A stretch of DNA of 64,000 nucleotides from Candidatus Omnitrophota bacterium (GCA_041652815.1 JBAZGN010000004.1:15890-79889); one strand, 5' to 3'; shown: positions 48,610 through 58,847, counted from the stretch's first letter. Numbers and translations: made by a program. Notes: generated by a model from the letters alone, not told the origin.

Positions 48610-48715
48610 GGTTGCGTCATTCGGTTGCGTTGTACGTAAAACGTTTGACGAATGACGAAACGAGCTCGCCCGCCGAAGGCGGGCAGACAGCCGATAGACG
48701 ATATACATAACCGAT
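48610..48715. repeat. Family-B repeat, copy 2
   Basis: 'CGGTTGCGTTGTACGTAAAACGTTTGACGAATGACGAAACGAGCTCGCCCGCCGAAGGCGGGCAGACAGCCGATAGACG' between secDF and mfd. Confidence 0.75.
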
Positions 48716-48744
48716 TGGTACCTTTCCAATCTTCCCCTAAGGCC

Positions 48745-50637
48745 ATGTTCGACACCCTCAAAATATACACAAATAAAGAGCTTTCCCTTGAAGCTACCAG
48801 TTGCGAACTTACAACTCTTGGATATCGCAGGGTTGATAGTGTGCTCGAGGAAGGAGATTTTTCTCTGCGCGGCGATACTCTTGAAATTTTTCCCGTCAAT
48901 TTCACTTTTCCTTTGCGGCTTGAATGGGAATTTGATGTTGTTAGAAAAATATACAGTTTTGATAAAACCCTCAATAAAAAAATCATCGATTACGATTTCC
49001 TCATCGTAATACCCCATTTTAAAAAAGTAAAAAAATATACAAGTGAAGACTTTCCTCTCGAAGCGGTTTTACGCCTTAAAAGAGGCGATTTTGTAGTGCA
49101 TACCAGATACGGAATCGGGAAATTTGTCGGCATAAAAAAACTGAAACTGAAGGAAAAAGAGGATTATTATTTTGAGATAGTATACGATAATAACGATAAA
49201 TTATATGTTTCAAAAGAAGATGCTCATTTAATCCAGAAATATACAAGTTTTTCAATTAGAACGCCTAAGTTATCCCGTTTAGGTTCGCAAGAGTGGGTGC
49301 GCACTAAAATGCGGGTTGAGCGCGGGATAAAAGAATTTGCGCTTACACTTATGCGTATGGAGGCGCAGAGAAAACTTATAGGCGGGTTTAAATTTTCAGG
49401 TGACGTTCCCTGGCAGAGCCAATTTGAAAAAACTTTTCCTTACGAGGAAACTGAAGACCAGGCTAAGGCAGTAGTTGAAACTAAACAGGATATGCAATCT
49501 CCTGCGTGTATGGATAGATTAATTTGCGGAGACGTAGGTTATGGTAAGACAGAAGTTGCTATGCGTGCGGTTTTTAAGGCGGTTATGGATAATAAGCAAG
49601 TCGCATTCTTGGTCCCGACAACGATTCTTGCTTATCAACACTATAAAAATCTTTCCGGTAGGCTAAAAGATTTTCCAGTAAAAGTAGAAATGCTTAGCCG
49701 ATTTCGTACGCCTGCGGAACAAGAGAAAATAATCAAAGAATTACGCGCTGGCAAAATCGATATTATAGTTGGGACTCACCGCCTTACCTCAGATGACGTG
49801 GGTTTTAACGACTTGGGGCTATTGGTTATTGACGAAGAACACAGGTTTGGCGTTGAGCATAAAGAAAAAATAAAAAAACTTAAAATAGGCATTGATGTTT
49901 TGACTCTTACGGCTACCCCTATACCGCGTACTTTATACATGAGCCTTATCGGGATTAGAAATATTTCTTTAATAAAAACTCCGCCCAAGGACAGGCTTGC
50001 GGTTAAGACAAAAGTTATCCAATACAATCCGAAAGCGTTAAAAGATGCTATAGTGCATGAAATAGCAAGGGGCGGGCAGGTATTTTTTATCCACAATCGC
50101 ATAGAAACTATACCAAAGTGGGAAAAAATATTGAGAAATATATTACCCAAAGAAATAAAAATGTCGGTTATCCACGGCCGCTTGTCAGCAGGAGAAATTG
50201 AGAACGTGATGTTTGATTTTATCGAAAAAAAGATTGACTGCCTTCTTTCAACCGCAATAGTTGAGTCAGGAATAGATATACCCTCGGCAAATACTATAAT
50301 CATAAGCGATGCGCATACTTTCGGCCTTGCGGATTTACATCAACTGCGCGGCCGTGTAGGCAGGTTTAATGTTCAGGCTTTTGCGTATTTGCTGGTACCG
50401 AATCTTAGTTCGATATCCAGCGAAAGCAGGCAAAGGCTTCTAATGATTGAGCAGTATTCTCATCTTGGCGCGGGCTTTGAAGTAGCCATGAGTGATTTAG
50501 AACTGCGCGGAGCGGGGAACATTTTAGGCAGACAACAGCACGGGTTTGTCTGGATGGTCGGTTTTGATTTATATTGCCGTATTTTAAAGAAAGAGATAGA
50601 ATATCTAAAAGACGCTTTCAGGATTGAAGTTGGCTAG
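48745..50637 (+). CDS. mfd: Transcription-repair coupling factor homologue lacking N-terminal UvrB-homology (D1-D2) and C-terminal D7 modules
   Basis: RNAP-interacting domain '[17 protein letters not shown]...DKLYV'; helicase motifs '[11 protein letters not shown]', 'VIDEEHRFG', 'QLRGRVGR'; TRG motif '[16 protein letters not shown]'; about 630 aa versus about 1150 for canonical Mfd. Confidence 0.75.
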   Translation: MFDTLKIYTNKELSLEATSCELTTLGYRRVDSVLEEGDFSLRGDTLEIFPVNFTFPLRLEWEFDVVRKIYSFDKTLNKKIIDYDFLIVIPHFKKVKKYTSEDFPLEAVLRLKRGDFVVHTRYGIGKFVGIKKLKLKEKEDYYFEIVYDNNDKLYVSKEDAHLIQKYTSFSIRTPKLSRLGSQEWVRTKMRVERGIKEFALTLMRMEAQRKLIGGFKFSGDVPWQSQFEKTFPYEETEDQAKAVVETKQDMQSPACMDRLICGDVGYGKTEVAMRAVFKAVMDNKQVAFLVPTTILAYQHYKNLSGRLKDFPVKVEMLSRFRTPAEQEKIIKELRAGKIDIIVGTHRLTSDDVGFNDLGLLVIDEEHRFGVEHKEKIKKLKIGIDVLTLTATPIPRTLYMSLIGIRNISLIKTPPKDRLAVKTKVIQYNPKALKDAIVHEIARGGQVFFIHNRIETIPKWEKILRNILPKEIKMSVIHGRLSAGEIENVMFDFIEKKIDCLLSTAIVESGIDIPSANTIIISDAHTFGLADLHQLRGRVGRFNVQAFAYLLVPNLSSISSESRQRLLMIEQYSHLGAGFEVAMSDLELRGAGNILGRQQHGFVWMVGFDLYCRILKKEIEYLKDAFRIEVG

Positions 50638-50643
50638 ATATAA

Positions 50644-50750
50644 TGGTTGCGTTAATCGGTTGCGGTTGCGCAACTCGTATCGGTTGCGTTGTACGTAAAA
50701 CGTTTGACGATTGACGAAACGAGCCGCGTAACCGGCAGACGCTAAACGTA
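50644..50750. repeat. Family-B repeat, copy 3
   Basis: 'ATGGTTGCGTTAATCGGTTGCGGTTGCGCAACTCGTATCGGTTGCGTTGTACGTAAAACGTTTGACGATTGACGAAACGAGCCGCG' after mfd. Confidence 0.75.
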
Positions 50751-50769
50751 TCATCGTGGGAGAGAAACA

Positions 50770-51654
50770 ATGAAAAAAATATTTTTTGCAATTATATTTT
50801 TAGGGCTCACTCTTGGGGCCCATAGCGAAGAAATCACAAAGATTGTGGCAAAGGTTAACAGCCAGGTAATTACCGCAAAAGATTTGGATGACTACTATAA
50901 AGTGCTAACCTATAAAGTGCCGGGCGGGCCTGGTATTAACCAGGATGAAACAAAAGGTAAAAAAGAGGCTTTAACAAAATTGATTGAGGATAAGTTGATA
51001 TTAGATGAAGCCAAGAAGAAGAATTTAGAAGTTTATCCGCACCTCGTGACAGGCCAGCTTAATAAGATAATTGAATCATATCCTTCGCGGGAAGATTTCG
51101 AAAACTCTCTTATCGAGCGTGGCCTTACCGTGACTGTTCTTAAAGAAAGAATATTAGGGCAATTTTTAATGCGCCAAGTGATAGATATTTATGTGGGCAG
51201 TTATGTTTCTGTTTCTCCCCAGGAAATAAACAGGTATTACGAAGAGCATAAAAATGAAATGCTTTCTCCTGAGAACTACTCTATCTGGATAGCTCAAAGT
51301 AAAGATAAAAACAAAATCGTTAAAATTGCTCAAACTATAAAAGAAAAAGGCATACTCGAGGCGGAAGGAGAATACCCAGATGAGATTATAAAGCTTGAAA
51401 CTAAGATAAGTGAGCTTAAAGAAGAAATTGCTCAAGCTCTTCTAAAATTAAAACCAGGCGAGCATGTCATAAAAAATATAGATAATGTCAATTATTTAGT
51501 GTATTTAGAAAAGATTATCCCGCCGAAACAACTTACCATCGAGGAGGCTCAGGAAATTGTGCGTAGTATTATCTGGAATAATAAATTCCGCCAGAGGTTT
51601 GAGGAATGGGTGAAGCAGCTTAAGGAAGGCGCAGTTATAAAAACTTATCTTTAA
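50770..51654 (+). CDS. surA: SurA-N-domain periplasmic chaperone-like protein
   Basis: Signal peptide; SurA N-terminal-like region; conserved surA-pdxA-rsmA neighbourhood; no obvious PPIase motif. Confidence 0.55.
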   Translation: MKKIFFAIIFLGLTLGAHSEEITKIVAKVNSQVITAKDLDDYYKVLTYKVPGGPGINQDETKGKKEALTKLIEDKLILDEAKKKNLEVYPHLVTGQLNKIIESYPSREDFENSLIERGLTVTVLKERILGQFLMRQVIDIYVGSYVSVSPQEINRYYEEHKNEMLSPENYSIWIAQSKDKNKIVKIAQTIKEKGILEAEGEYPDEIIKLETKISELKEEIAQALLKLKPGEHVIKNIDNVNYLVYLEKIIPPKQLTIEEAQEIVRSIIWNNKFRQRFEEWVKQLKEGAVIKTYL

Positions 51655-51667
51655 TCCAGCCTATTTT

Positions 51668-52594
51668 ATGTCTAAAGAAAAAATCATAGTTACCATAGGG
51701 GATCCCGCTGGCTGCGGACCGTATATTACATTAAAAGCAATCGAAAATTTAGAAAATTGTGGGGCGGAATTTTTTGTTGCCGGCGATAAAAAAATATTAA
51801 ACCGCTTTGATATTTATAAAAAAATAAATAAGCGAATAACTTTGATTGATTTAAATACACCCGGTATAGATAAGCTAAAACCCGGGCATATTTCAAAGCT
51901 TTCGGGCTACGCTAGCATCAAGTATCTTAAAAAGGCTCTGCAAATTATGAGCGAATACGGTATAAATCGGCTCGTGACTGCTCCGCTGTCAAAAGAGGCA
52001 GTGCAGTTGAATTTGTCCGATTTTATCGGCCATAGCGAATATCTGGCTGATTATTTTAAGTGTAGGATAGAAATGATGATGGTTTCCGCAAAGCTTAAAA
52101 CAGTTTTATTTACTCGCCATGTCCCGTTTAAAAAAGTGCCGGTTTTTATAAATAAAAGCAATCTTAACAATACCTTTAGCCTGGTTTTGAAATCACTAAA
52201 AGGCATATTTAAAATAAAACGCCCAAAAATTGCGGTTGCCTCATTAAATCCGCACGCAGGCGTAAATACTTTTTTAGGCAGTGAAGAAAAAATTATCCAT
52301 AAAGTTATACATAATTTTGGCGAAAATTTTTATGGGCCGTATCCCGCAGACAGCCTTTTTACCGAAGATGCCATAAAACAATATGATTGCATAATCGCTC
52401 TTTATCATGACCAGGGAATGATTCCCTTTAAATTGTTATCCATGAAAACCGGAGTTAACTTTACCATAGGCTTGCCTGTAATAAGGACTTCGCCCGCTCA
52501 CGGTGTGGCGTTCGAGGTTATGCGCCGGAATAAAAAACCATTCGCATCGTCTATGGTGGAAGCAATTAAATTGGCACTTAGGCTAAAAATATAA
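51668..52594 (+). CDS. pdxA: 4-hydroxythreonine-4-phosphate dehydrogenase
   Basis: 'TIGDPAGCGP' N-terminus, 'LYHDQGMIPFK' and 'RTSPAHG' motifs. Confidence 0.85.
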   Translation: MSKEKIIVTIGDPAGCGPYITLKAIENLENCGAEFFVAGDKKILNRFDIYKKINKRITLIDLNTPGIDKLKPGHISKLSGYASIKYLKKALQIMSEYGINRLVTAPLSKEAVQLNLSDFIGHSEYLADYFKCRIEMMMVSAKLKTVLFTRHVPFKKVPVFINKSNLNNTFSLVLKSLKGIFKIKRPKIAVASLNPHAGVNTFLGSEEKIIHKVIHNFGENFYGPYPADSLFTEDAIKQYDCIIALYHDQGMIPFKLLSMKTGVNFTIGLPVIRTSPAHGVAFEVMRRNKKPFASSMVEAIKLALRLKI

Positions 52595-52642
52595 ATAATT
52601 CAAAAATGTTTTGCGCTACGTTACATTAACGTCTACAAAAAT

Positions 52643-52785
52643 AAATAACCAAGCTCCAAGAAACAATAACCAAACAATGACCAATAACCAAATCTCAATA
52701 ACCAAACATTCTCGTTTGGTTATTGGTCATTGGGAGTTGGATATTGTTTGTATCTTGTATCTTGATTATTGGTTATTTTAATCGA
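52643..52785. repeat. Family-A repeat, copy 3
   Basis: Degenerate AACCAA arm and TTGGTTATTGGTCATTGG arm; between pdxA and rsmA; abuts a family-B fragment. Confidence 0.65.
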
Positions 52786-52836
52786 TACGTAAAACGTAAC
52801 CGTAAAACGATACAGCATCGTAACCGTAACTGTTCT
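52786..52836. repeat. Family-B fragment (ACGTAACCGTAA modules)
   Basis: 'CGATACGTAAAACGTAACCGTAAAACGATACAGCATCGTAACCGTAAC' immediately after the family-A copy 3. Confidence 0.5.
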
Positions 52837-52854
52837 GCAAGCTAAAAATAAAAT

Positions 52855-53637
52855 ATGAAACTTTCACATTCTTTGGGGCAGGTGTTTTTAACCGAAAAAA
52901 ATTACATTCAAAAAATAATAAATTCACTCGATATCAAAGATGAAATTGTCCTTGAAATCGGTTCAGGCCCGGGAGAAATAAGCGCAGCAATTTGTGAAAG
53001 ATGTAAATTTTTATACTGTATTGAATTTGACCCGCGCTTTGTAGGCGTTCTGGAGCAAAAATTTAAAAATAAGATAAACGTTAAAGTTATACATTCGGAC
53101 ATACTTAAATTCAGCATTTACGATTTGGGCGAAAAGCTTGTTGTTTTCGGAAACGTACCTTACCAGATAAGCAATTCGCTTATTAGCTATCTTACCGAAA
53201 ATAGAACATTTATAAAAAAAGCCTTTCTTACTTTTCAAAAAGAATTTGTAGATAAGTTAATTGCAAAAGCCGGAACTAAAGATTACAGTTTTTTAAGCTG
53301 TTTTATACAATATTATGCTGGAATAGAAAAAGTTTTCGATATTCCAAAAGGCGCATTTACTCCGGTACCGAAAATCGATTCTTCCTTTATAGCACTTGAT
53401 TTTTATGATAAGCCTCTTCATAAAGCAGAAGATGAAAACCTGCTTCTTAGGGTAATGCGTGGTGCTTTTGGCCAACGCCGGAAGAAAATTTCCAATTCGC
53501 TTTCAAAATTTATTGCTACTCAGGATTTTTTTTCTTCTTTGAAAATAGACCCTAATGCGCGGGCGGAAAATATTTCACTTAAAGAATATGTTGATATTGC
53601 CAATAAAATCTCCGGAGAAAAATTAAAGCGTAGGTAA
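52855..53637 (+). CDS. rsmA: 16S rRNA (adenine1518/1519-N6)-dimethyltransferase
   Basis: 'LGQVFL', 'VLEIGSGPGEIS' SAM motif, 'FGNVPYQISN' catalytic motif. Confidence 0.85.
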   Translation: MKLSHSLGQVFLTEKNYIQKIINSLDIKDEIVLEIGSGPGEISAAICERCKFLYCIEFDPRFVGVLEQKFKNKINVKVIHSDILKFSIYDLGEKLVVFGNVPYQISNSLISYLTENRTFIKKAFLTFQKEFVDKLIAKAGTKDYSFLSCFIQYYAGIEKVFDIPKGAFTPVPKIDSSFIALDFYDKPLHKAEDENLLLRVMRGAFGQRRKKISNSLSKFIATQDFFSSLKIDPNARAENISLKEYVDIANKISGEKLKRR

Positions 53638-53690
53638 CCGGCATTATTGGATTTACAAAATATAGTGGTATAATTTCAATTGGCATAAAT

Positions 53691-54080
53691 ATGGGGGGCC
53701 TAATGCAAAAGCGCATATATTATCACGATACGGATTGCGGAGGAGTTGTTTATTACGCCAATTATCTTAAGTATCTTGAAGAAGCGCGCACTGAATATAT
53801 GGAGGTGCGCGGGCTTAACCTAAAGGAGCTTTCGGAAAAAGGCACTTTGTTTGTTGTAAGAAGTGTCAATATCGAATACAAAGCTCCTGCGCACTACGCA
53901 GACATTTTAGAAATATCTACCAAGGTAAACAAGATACGTAATGTTTCTGTTGAATTCCTGCAGGAAATAAAACGAGAAGGAAAAATCCTCGTATCTGCCT
54001 TGACCACTCTTGTGTGTATTGACAAAAACTTTAGGCCCTGTGCGATGTGCGATGAATTTTTAAATAACCTTTCAAAATGA
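53691..54080 (+). CDS. Acyl-CoA thioesterase, 4HBT/YbgC family
   Basis: 'YYHDTDCGGVVYYANYLKYLEEAR' hotdog-fold signature. Confidence 0.7.
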   Translation: MGGLMQKRIYYHDTDCGGVVYYANYLKYLEEARTEYMEVRGLNLKELSEKGTLFVVRSVNIEYKAPAHYADILEISTKVNKIRNVSVEFLQEIKREGKILVSALTTLVCIDKNFRPCAMCDEFLNNLSK

Positions 54081-54424
54081 AATACAAAATTCTTAATAAA
54101 ACTAAAGGCATTTATATTGCGCAAAACGGGCATTTGGCAGAAACATTCTTTCAACGTTTTTTAGGGCTTATGCTTCGCGAGGCAATCGCGAAGGATGAAG
54201 CGCTTATTTTTCGTGATGTTAACTCAATACATATGTTTTTTATGAGGTTTCCCATAGATGTTGTATATCTTGATGGAGATAATAAAGTGCTTAAAATCAA
54301 ACATTCGTTAAAGCCGTGGCGCATGTCAAGTTGTATACGCGCAAAAGCTACCATAGAACTTCCTGGCCGAAAGGCCCAAGAAACCGCTACCGAGATAGGC
54401 GATACCCTTGAATTCATTGAATAA
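54077..54424 (+). CDS. DUF192 family protein
   Basis: 'GLMLRE...ALIF...IHMFFMRFPIDVVYLD' pattern; ATGA overlap. Confidence 0.6.
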   Translation: MKYKILNKTKGIYIAQNGHLAETFFQRFLGLMLREAIAKDEALIFRDVNSIHMFFMRFPIDVVYLDGDNKVLKIKHSLKPWRMSSCIRAKATIELPGRKAQETATEIGDTLEFIE

Positions 54425-54515
54425 TAAGGCTAAATTACCCTGATTTTAGTCGACGAAAACGGCTAAATACTATTGACGTAAGGGGCTTTTTCGTTTATTA
54501 TATTAGCTTACGCTT

Positions 54516-55538
54516 ATGCCAAAACAAACAAAAGTTGCAATATTGGGTGCTACTGGTTTTACCGGGGAAAAACTCGTTGAAATTCTGCTTTCTCATCCGG
54601 GGGTAGAGGTTACTTATCTTTCTTCGCGGACAGAGGCGCCTGTTGCTTACTCTAAGTTTTTTCCGCGGTTTTTGAATAAAACCAGCCTTAAGTGCGAGAC
54701 GTTAAATATAGAAAAGTGCTGTAAGCTTGCGGATGTTATATTTTTGTCTTTGCCGCACACGGTTTCCATGGGTTTTGTGCCGCACTTACTTGGAAAGAAG
54801 AAGAGAGTGATTGACTTGTCTGCTGATTACCGGTTTAAGGATACAAATCTTTATAAAAAATATTATAAAGTGGCGCATAAAGACAGCGAGAATCTGCCCA
54901 AGGCAGTTTACGGTTTACCCGAACTTTTTAAGAAAGATATAGAAAAAAGCAGTCTTATCGCGAATCCAGGTTGCTATCCAACGTCGATAATCCTTGCGCT
55001 TTTTCCTTTGGTGAAAGAAGGTTTAATTGAAAAAAAGATTATAATCGATTCAAAATCAGCCATAACCGGTGCAGGCAGAAAAGCGGTTATGGAATACCAT
55101 TATTCGAATATTTCAAATAACCTCTGGGCGTATAAGCCGTTTATCCATCAACATATCCCTGAGGTTAGCGAAGTTTTAAAGCTAAGCACCGGAGTAACAA
55201 TTTCGCCGCAATTTACGCCGCATGTAATCGGCGTTGAGGCGGGCATATATTCGACAATATACGTAACTTTTACCAAAAGCGTAAACGAAGAAAAAATTAA
55301 TAATATTTATTCCAAATATTACAAAGATTGCCGGTTTGTAAGATTACTCAGCGGTTTACCTAAATTGAAAGACGTAGTAGGTACAAATTTCTGCGATATC
55401 GGTTTTGCCTTAGACGAAAAAAAGGAAAATGCCGTAATTGCCTCCAGCATCGACAACCTTATCAAAGGTGCAGCAGGCCAGGCTGTACAGAATATGAATC
55501 TAATGCTTGGTTTAGACGAAGCAGCAGGGCTTTTATGA
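54516..55538 (+). CDS. argC: N-acetyl-γ-glutamyl-phosphate reductase
   Basis: 'VAILGATGFTG' NAD site and 'ANPGCYPTS' catalytic Cys. Confidence 0.9.
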   Translation: MPKQTKVAILGATGFTGEKLVEILLSHPGVEVTYLSSRTEAPVAYSKFFPRFLNKTSLKCETLNIEKCCKLADVIFLSLPHTVSMGFVPHLLGKKKRVIDLSADYRFKDTNLYKKYYKVAHKDSENLPKAVYGLPELFKKDIEKSSLIANPGCYPTSIILALFPLVKEGLIEKKIIIDSKSAITGAGRKAVMEYHYSNISNNLWAYKPFIHQHIPEVSEVLKLSTGVTISPQFTPHVIGVEAGIYSTIYVTFTKSVNEEKINNIYSKYYKDCRFVRLLSGLPKLKDVVGTNFCDIGFALDEKKENAVIASSIDNLIKGAAGQAVQNMNLMLGLDEAAGLL

Positions 55539-56638
55539 TTAAACTACCTGCCGGTTTTTTGCTTTCCGGTATAAAATGCGGGCTTAAGAAGAACAATAAA
55601 ACTGACTTAGGCCTTATCTATTGCGAATCTTATGCAGAGGCTCTCGGGTTTTTTACAACAAATAAAAATGTTTCTTATTCGGTTATCCTAAGCAGAAAAA
55701 ATATTTCAAATCCGATAAAAGCAATTATCGCAAACAGCGGCAATGCCAATTGTTTTTCGCATAAAAATGGGTTGAAAGATACCGAGAACATAACTTCGCA
55801 GCTTGCTAAATATCTTTCGGCCAACAAGAATAGCATTCTTATAGCCTCAACCGGGATTATCGGCAAAAGGCTTTCCGGAGAAAAGATTATTTCAGCATTT
55901 CCCCGGCTGGTTGCAGAATTGGGAAAAGATAAGGCCGAAAGCTTCTCTCAAAGCATATTGACAACGGATACTTTTAAAAAGATTTCTTATTCTGAAATTA
56001 AATCGGATAACGGCAACGCACGGATATTGGGTTTTGCCAAAGGCGCAGGCATGATTGCACCTAATGTAGCAACTATGCTCGTGTTCATACTTACTGATGC
56101 AATCTTGCCCAAGGTTTTGTTTAAATCGATAGCCAAAGAGGCGATTGATGAAAGTTTTAACTCTGTAACCGTAGATGGATGTATGAGCACAAACGATACT
56201 GTTTTTGTTCTTTCAAGCAAGAAAAATGTTTTAAAAACTGCAAAAGAGATTAAGGCTTTTTCAAAAGAATTTAAAAAAGTGTGTTTGGATTTGGCAACTA
56301 TGCTGATTAAAGATGGTGAGGGCGCAACTAAGTTTATTAAAATTTCCATAAAAGGCGCAAAGAGCAAAGCGGAGGCAAAGAAAGCAGGGCTTTCTATAGC
56401 AAATTCAAATCTTTTTAAATGCGCAGTCTACGGAGCTAATCCTAATTGGGGTAGAATCATAGCGGCTTTAGGCCATGCAGGAATTTTAGTGCCGGAAGGC
56501 ATACCGATTAAAATGTCGGATCTTACGAAAAAAGATATCAACATCGAAGTTGATTTAAAAAGAGGGGTATTTGCCCAAACAGTATACACTTCTGATTTGA
56601 CACCGGAATACATTAAAATAAACGCCGAGTATAGTTAA
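55535..56638 (+). CDS. argJ: Bifunctional glutamate N-acetyltransferase/ornithine acetyltransferase
   Basis: 'GMIAPNVATML' autocleavage/active-site region (ATML); ATGA overlap with argC. Confidence 0.9.
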   Translation: MIKLPAGFLLSGIKCGLKKNNKTDLGLIYCESYAEALGFFTTNKNVSYSVILSRKNISNPIKAIIANSGNANCFSHKNGLKDTENITSQLAKYLSANKNSILIASTGIIGKRLSGEKIISAFPRLVAELGKDKAESFSQSILTTDTFKKISYSEIKSDNGNARILGFAKGAGMIAPNVATMLVFILTDAILPKVLFKSIAKEAIDESFNSVTVDGCMSTNDTVFVLSSKKNVLKTAKEIKAFSKEFKKVCLDLATMLIKDGEGATKFIKISIKGAKSKAEAKKAGLSIANSNLFKCAVYGANPNWGRIIAALGHAGILVPEGIPIKMSDLTKKDINIEVDLKRGVFAQTVYTSDLTPEYIKINAEYS

Positions 56639-56655
56639 TAAACATAAGGAGACTA

Positions 56656-57507
56656 ATGGTAAAAGAAGCAATAAAAAAAGCAGATATTTTGATAGAAGCT
56701 TTGCCGTATATAAAAAAATTTCACAAGAAAATATTTGTGATTAAATACGGCGGCTCAATATTAAGCGAAGAAAGAGTCCGTAAGTCGGTTCTTGAAGACA
56801 TTGTATTCCTGCGTTATACGGGAATAAGGCCTATTCTAGTTCATGGCGGAGGCCCTAATATTACGGAAAAACTAAAAGAACATAAAATTACAACAGAATT
56901 TTTCGACGGAATGCGCGTAACCGATGAGTTTACGCTTAAAATAGTCGAAGAAGAATTAAACGAGTTGAATGATTTAATCGTCAGAGAGATAAATGCTTAC
57001 GGTGCAAATGCCCGGGGTTTTAAAAAAGAAGACCAGCTGCTTGCCGCAGCTAAGAAGCGCACAAAAAAAGATTTAGGTTTTGTCGGTGAAGTTGTAGATT
57101 ACAACAAAATGAAATTACAGGAAGCATTAGAGACATCGATTCCGGTAATTACCCCCATGGGCATTTCCCGAGAAGGAGTTGCTTTTAATATAAATGCAGA
57201 CGATGTAGCTTTTTTCCTTGCTTCAAAGCTGAACGCGGAAAAGCTCGTTTTGCTTACGAATACTTTAGGTGTTATGCGTAATCAACAGGATGAATCATCG
57301 CTTATTTCCACAATAACAATGAAAGACGCAGACGAATTAATCGATAAGAAAGTTATCAGCGAAGGAATGGTTCCTAAAGTGCGTGCCGCGGTAAAATCCA
57401 TAGAAGAAGGCGTGGGTAAGGCTCATATCGTTGACGCAAAGATACCGCACGCAATATTACTTGAGATATTTACCAACGAAGGAATTGGAACGGAGATAAT
57501 TAAATAA
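56656..57507 (+). CDS. argB: Acetylglutamate kinase
   Basis: 'FVIKYGGS', 'VHGGGP' amino-acid-kinase motifs. Confidence 0.9.
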   Translation: MVKEAIKKADILIEALPYIKKFHKKIFVIKYGGSILSEERVRKSVLEDIVFLRYTGIRPILVHGGGPNITEKLKEHKITTEFFDGMRVTDEFTLKIVEEELNELNDLIVREINAYGANARGFKKEDQLLAAAKKRTKKDLGFVGEVVDYNKMKLQEALETSIPVITPMGISREGVAFNINADDVAFFLASKLNAEKLVLLTNTLGVMRNQQDESSLISTITMKDADELIDKKVISEGMVPKVRAAVKSIEEGVGKAHIVDAKIPHAILLEIFTNEGIGTEIIK

Positions 57508-57510
57508 TTA

Positions 57511-57640
57511 GGTAGAGGAGATGGTTGCGTTAATCGGCTACGGTTGCGCAACTCGTCACGGTTGCGTCTAACGTAGAACGTAACCGTAAGACGAAACGAG
57601 CTCGCCCGCCGAAGGCGGGCAGGCAACCGATAGACGTAGA
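57511..57640. repeat. Family-B repeat, copy 4
   Basis: 5' 45 bp near-identical to copy 3; 3' 'GACGAAACGAGCTCGCCCGCCGAAGGCGGGCAGGCAACCGATAGACG' near-identical to copy 2; between argB and argD. Confidence 0.75.
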
Positions 57641-57662
57641 ACATAATACGATATTGTTTATT

Positions 57663-58847
57663 ATGAAAAGCGAAGATATAAAAAAAATGTTTTCATCATA
57701 TTCCCTTAATACCTACAAAAGAGTAGGGCCTGTTTTTGTGAAAGGAAAAGGAAGTTTTCTTTGGGATAGCGAAGGAAGAAAATACCTGGATTTGTTTCCC
57801 GGATGGGGCGTTTCAATCCTGGGGCACTGCCATCCGCAGGTTGTAAAGGTTATAAAAGAGCAAGCAGCGAAGCTTATACATTTGCCGAATAACCTTTATC
57901 AGGAAGAGCAGGCGATTTTGGCGAAAGAAGTAATAAAGAGCACTTTTCCCGGAAAAGTATTTTTTGCAAATTCAGGCGCAGAAGCAATTGAAGCAGCAAT
58001 TAAATTAACCAGGCTTTACGGAAATAAAACCGGCCGTTACGAAGTTATTACCATGAAGAATTCTTTTCATGGAAGGACTTTTGGCGCGCTTTCTGCAACC
58101 GGCCAGGGTAAGTATAAAGACCCATTTAAGCCGATATTACCTGAATTTAAGGAAGCCATATTTAATGATTTTGAAAGTTTTAAATCGCAGGTAAATGATA
58201 AAACCGTTGCTGTTCTTTTAGAGCTTATACAGGGCGAAGGCGGAATAAACATTGCTTCAAAAGAATATGTCAAAAATTTAAAGGAATTCTGTAAGGATCA
58301 TGATTTGCTTTTTATAGCCGATGAAGTTCAAACCGGTATGGGCAGAACCGGCAAATTGTTTTGCTATCAGAATTATGATATTACGCCTGATGCATTGGTC
58401 GTGTCAAAAGGCCTTGGCGCAGGTGTTCCGGTTTCTGCAATCGTCGTAAAAAATGAGATTGCGGATTTGTTTAAGCCAGGGCTGCACGCTTCAACTTTTG
58501 GCGGCTCGCCCCTGATTACAAAAGTGACGCTTGAAGTTTTTAAAATTATAAAGAAAGATAAAATTCTAAATAATACAATAAAAATGGGTAGCTACTTGGT
58601 TAAGAAACTGAATAAATTAAAAGAAAAGTTTGCATTTATTAAAGAAGTGCGGGCTATGGGCCTTATGACAGGAGTTGAGCTAAGTATTGATTCATTTCCA
58701 ATATTTATGAAAGCGTTAGAGAAAGGGCTGATTATAAACTCAACGCACCAAACAGTATTAAGGATTATGCCGGCTCTTACTGTCAAGAAAGAAGAAATCG
58801 ACAAGGGGCTGGAAATTTTAGAGGAAGTTTTCAGCTCCCATTCCTAG
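57663..58847 (+). CDS. argD: Acetylornithine aminotransferase
   Basis: Class-III aminotransferase; 'FIADEVQTGMGRTGK' and PLP lysine in 'VVSKGLG'. Confidence 0.85.
   Translation: MKSEDIKKMFSSYSLNTYKRVGPVFVKGKGSFLWDSEGRKYLDLFPGWGVSILGHCHPQVVKVIKEQAAKLIHLPNNLYQEEQAILAKEVIKSTFPGKVFFANSGAEAIEAAIKLTRLYGNKTGRYEVITMKNSFHGRTFGALSATGQGKYKDPFKPILPEFKEAIFNDFESFKSQVNDKTVAVLLELIQGEGGINIASKEYVKNLKEFCKDHDLLFIADEVQTGMGRTGKLFCYQNYDITPDALVVSKGLGAGVPVSAIVVKNEIADLFKPGLHASTFGGSPLITKVTLEVFKIIKKDKILNNTIKMGSYLVKKLNKLKEKFAFIKEVRAMGLMTGVELSIDSFPIFMKALEKGLIINSTHQTVLRIMPALTVKKEEIDKGLEILEEVFSSHS

Noticed and set aside
48592-49017. Two overlapping minus-strand ORFs (141 and 129 aa) across the secDF/mfd junction
   Set aside because: They are translations of the family-B repeat and the mfd 5' end; mfd on the + strand explains the region.
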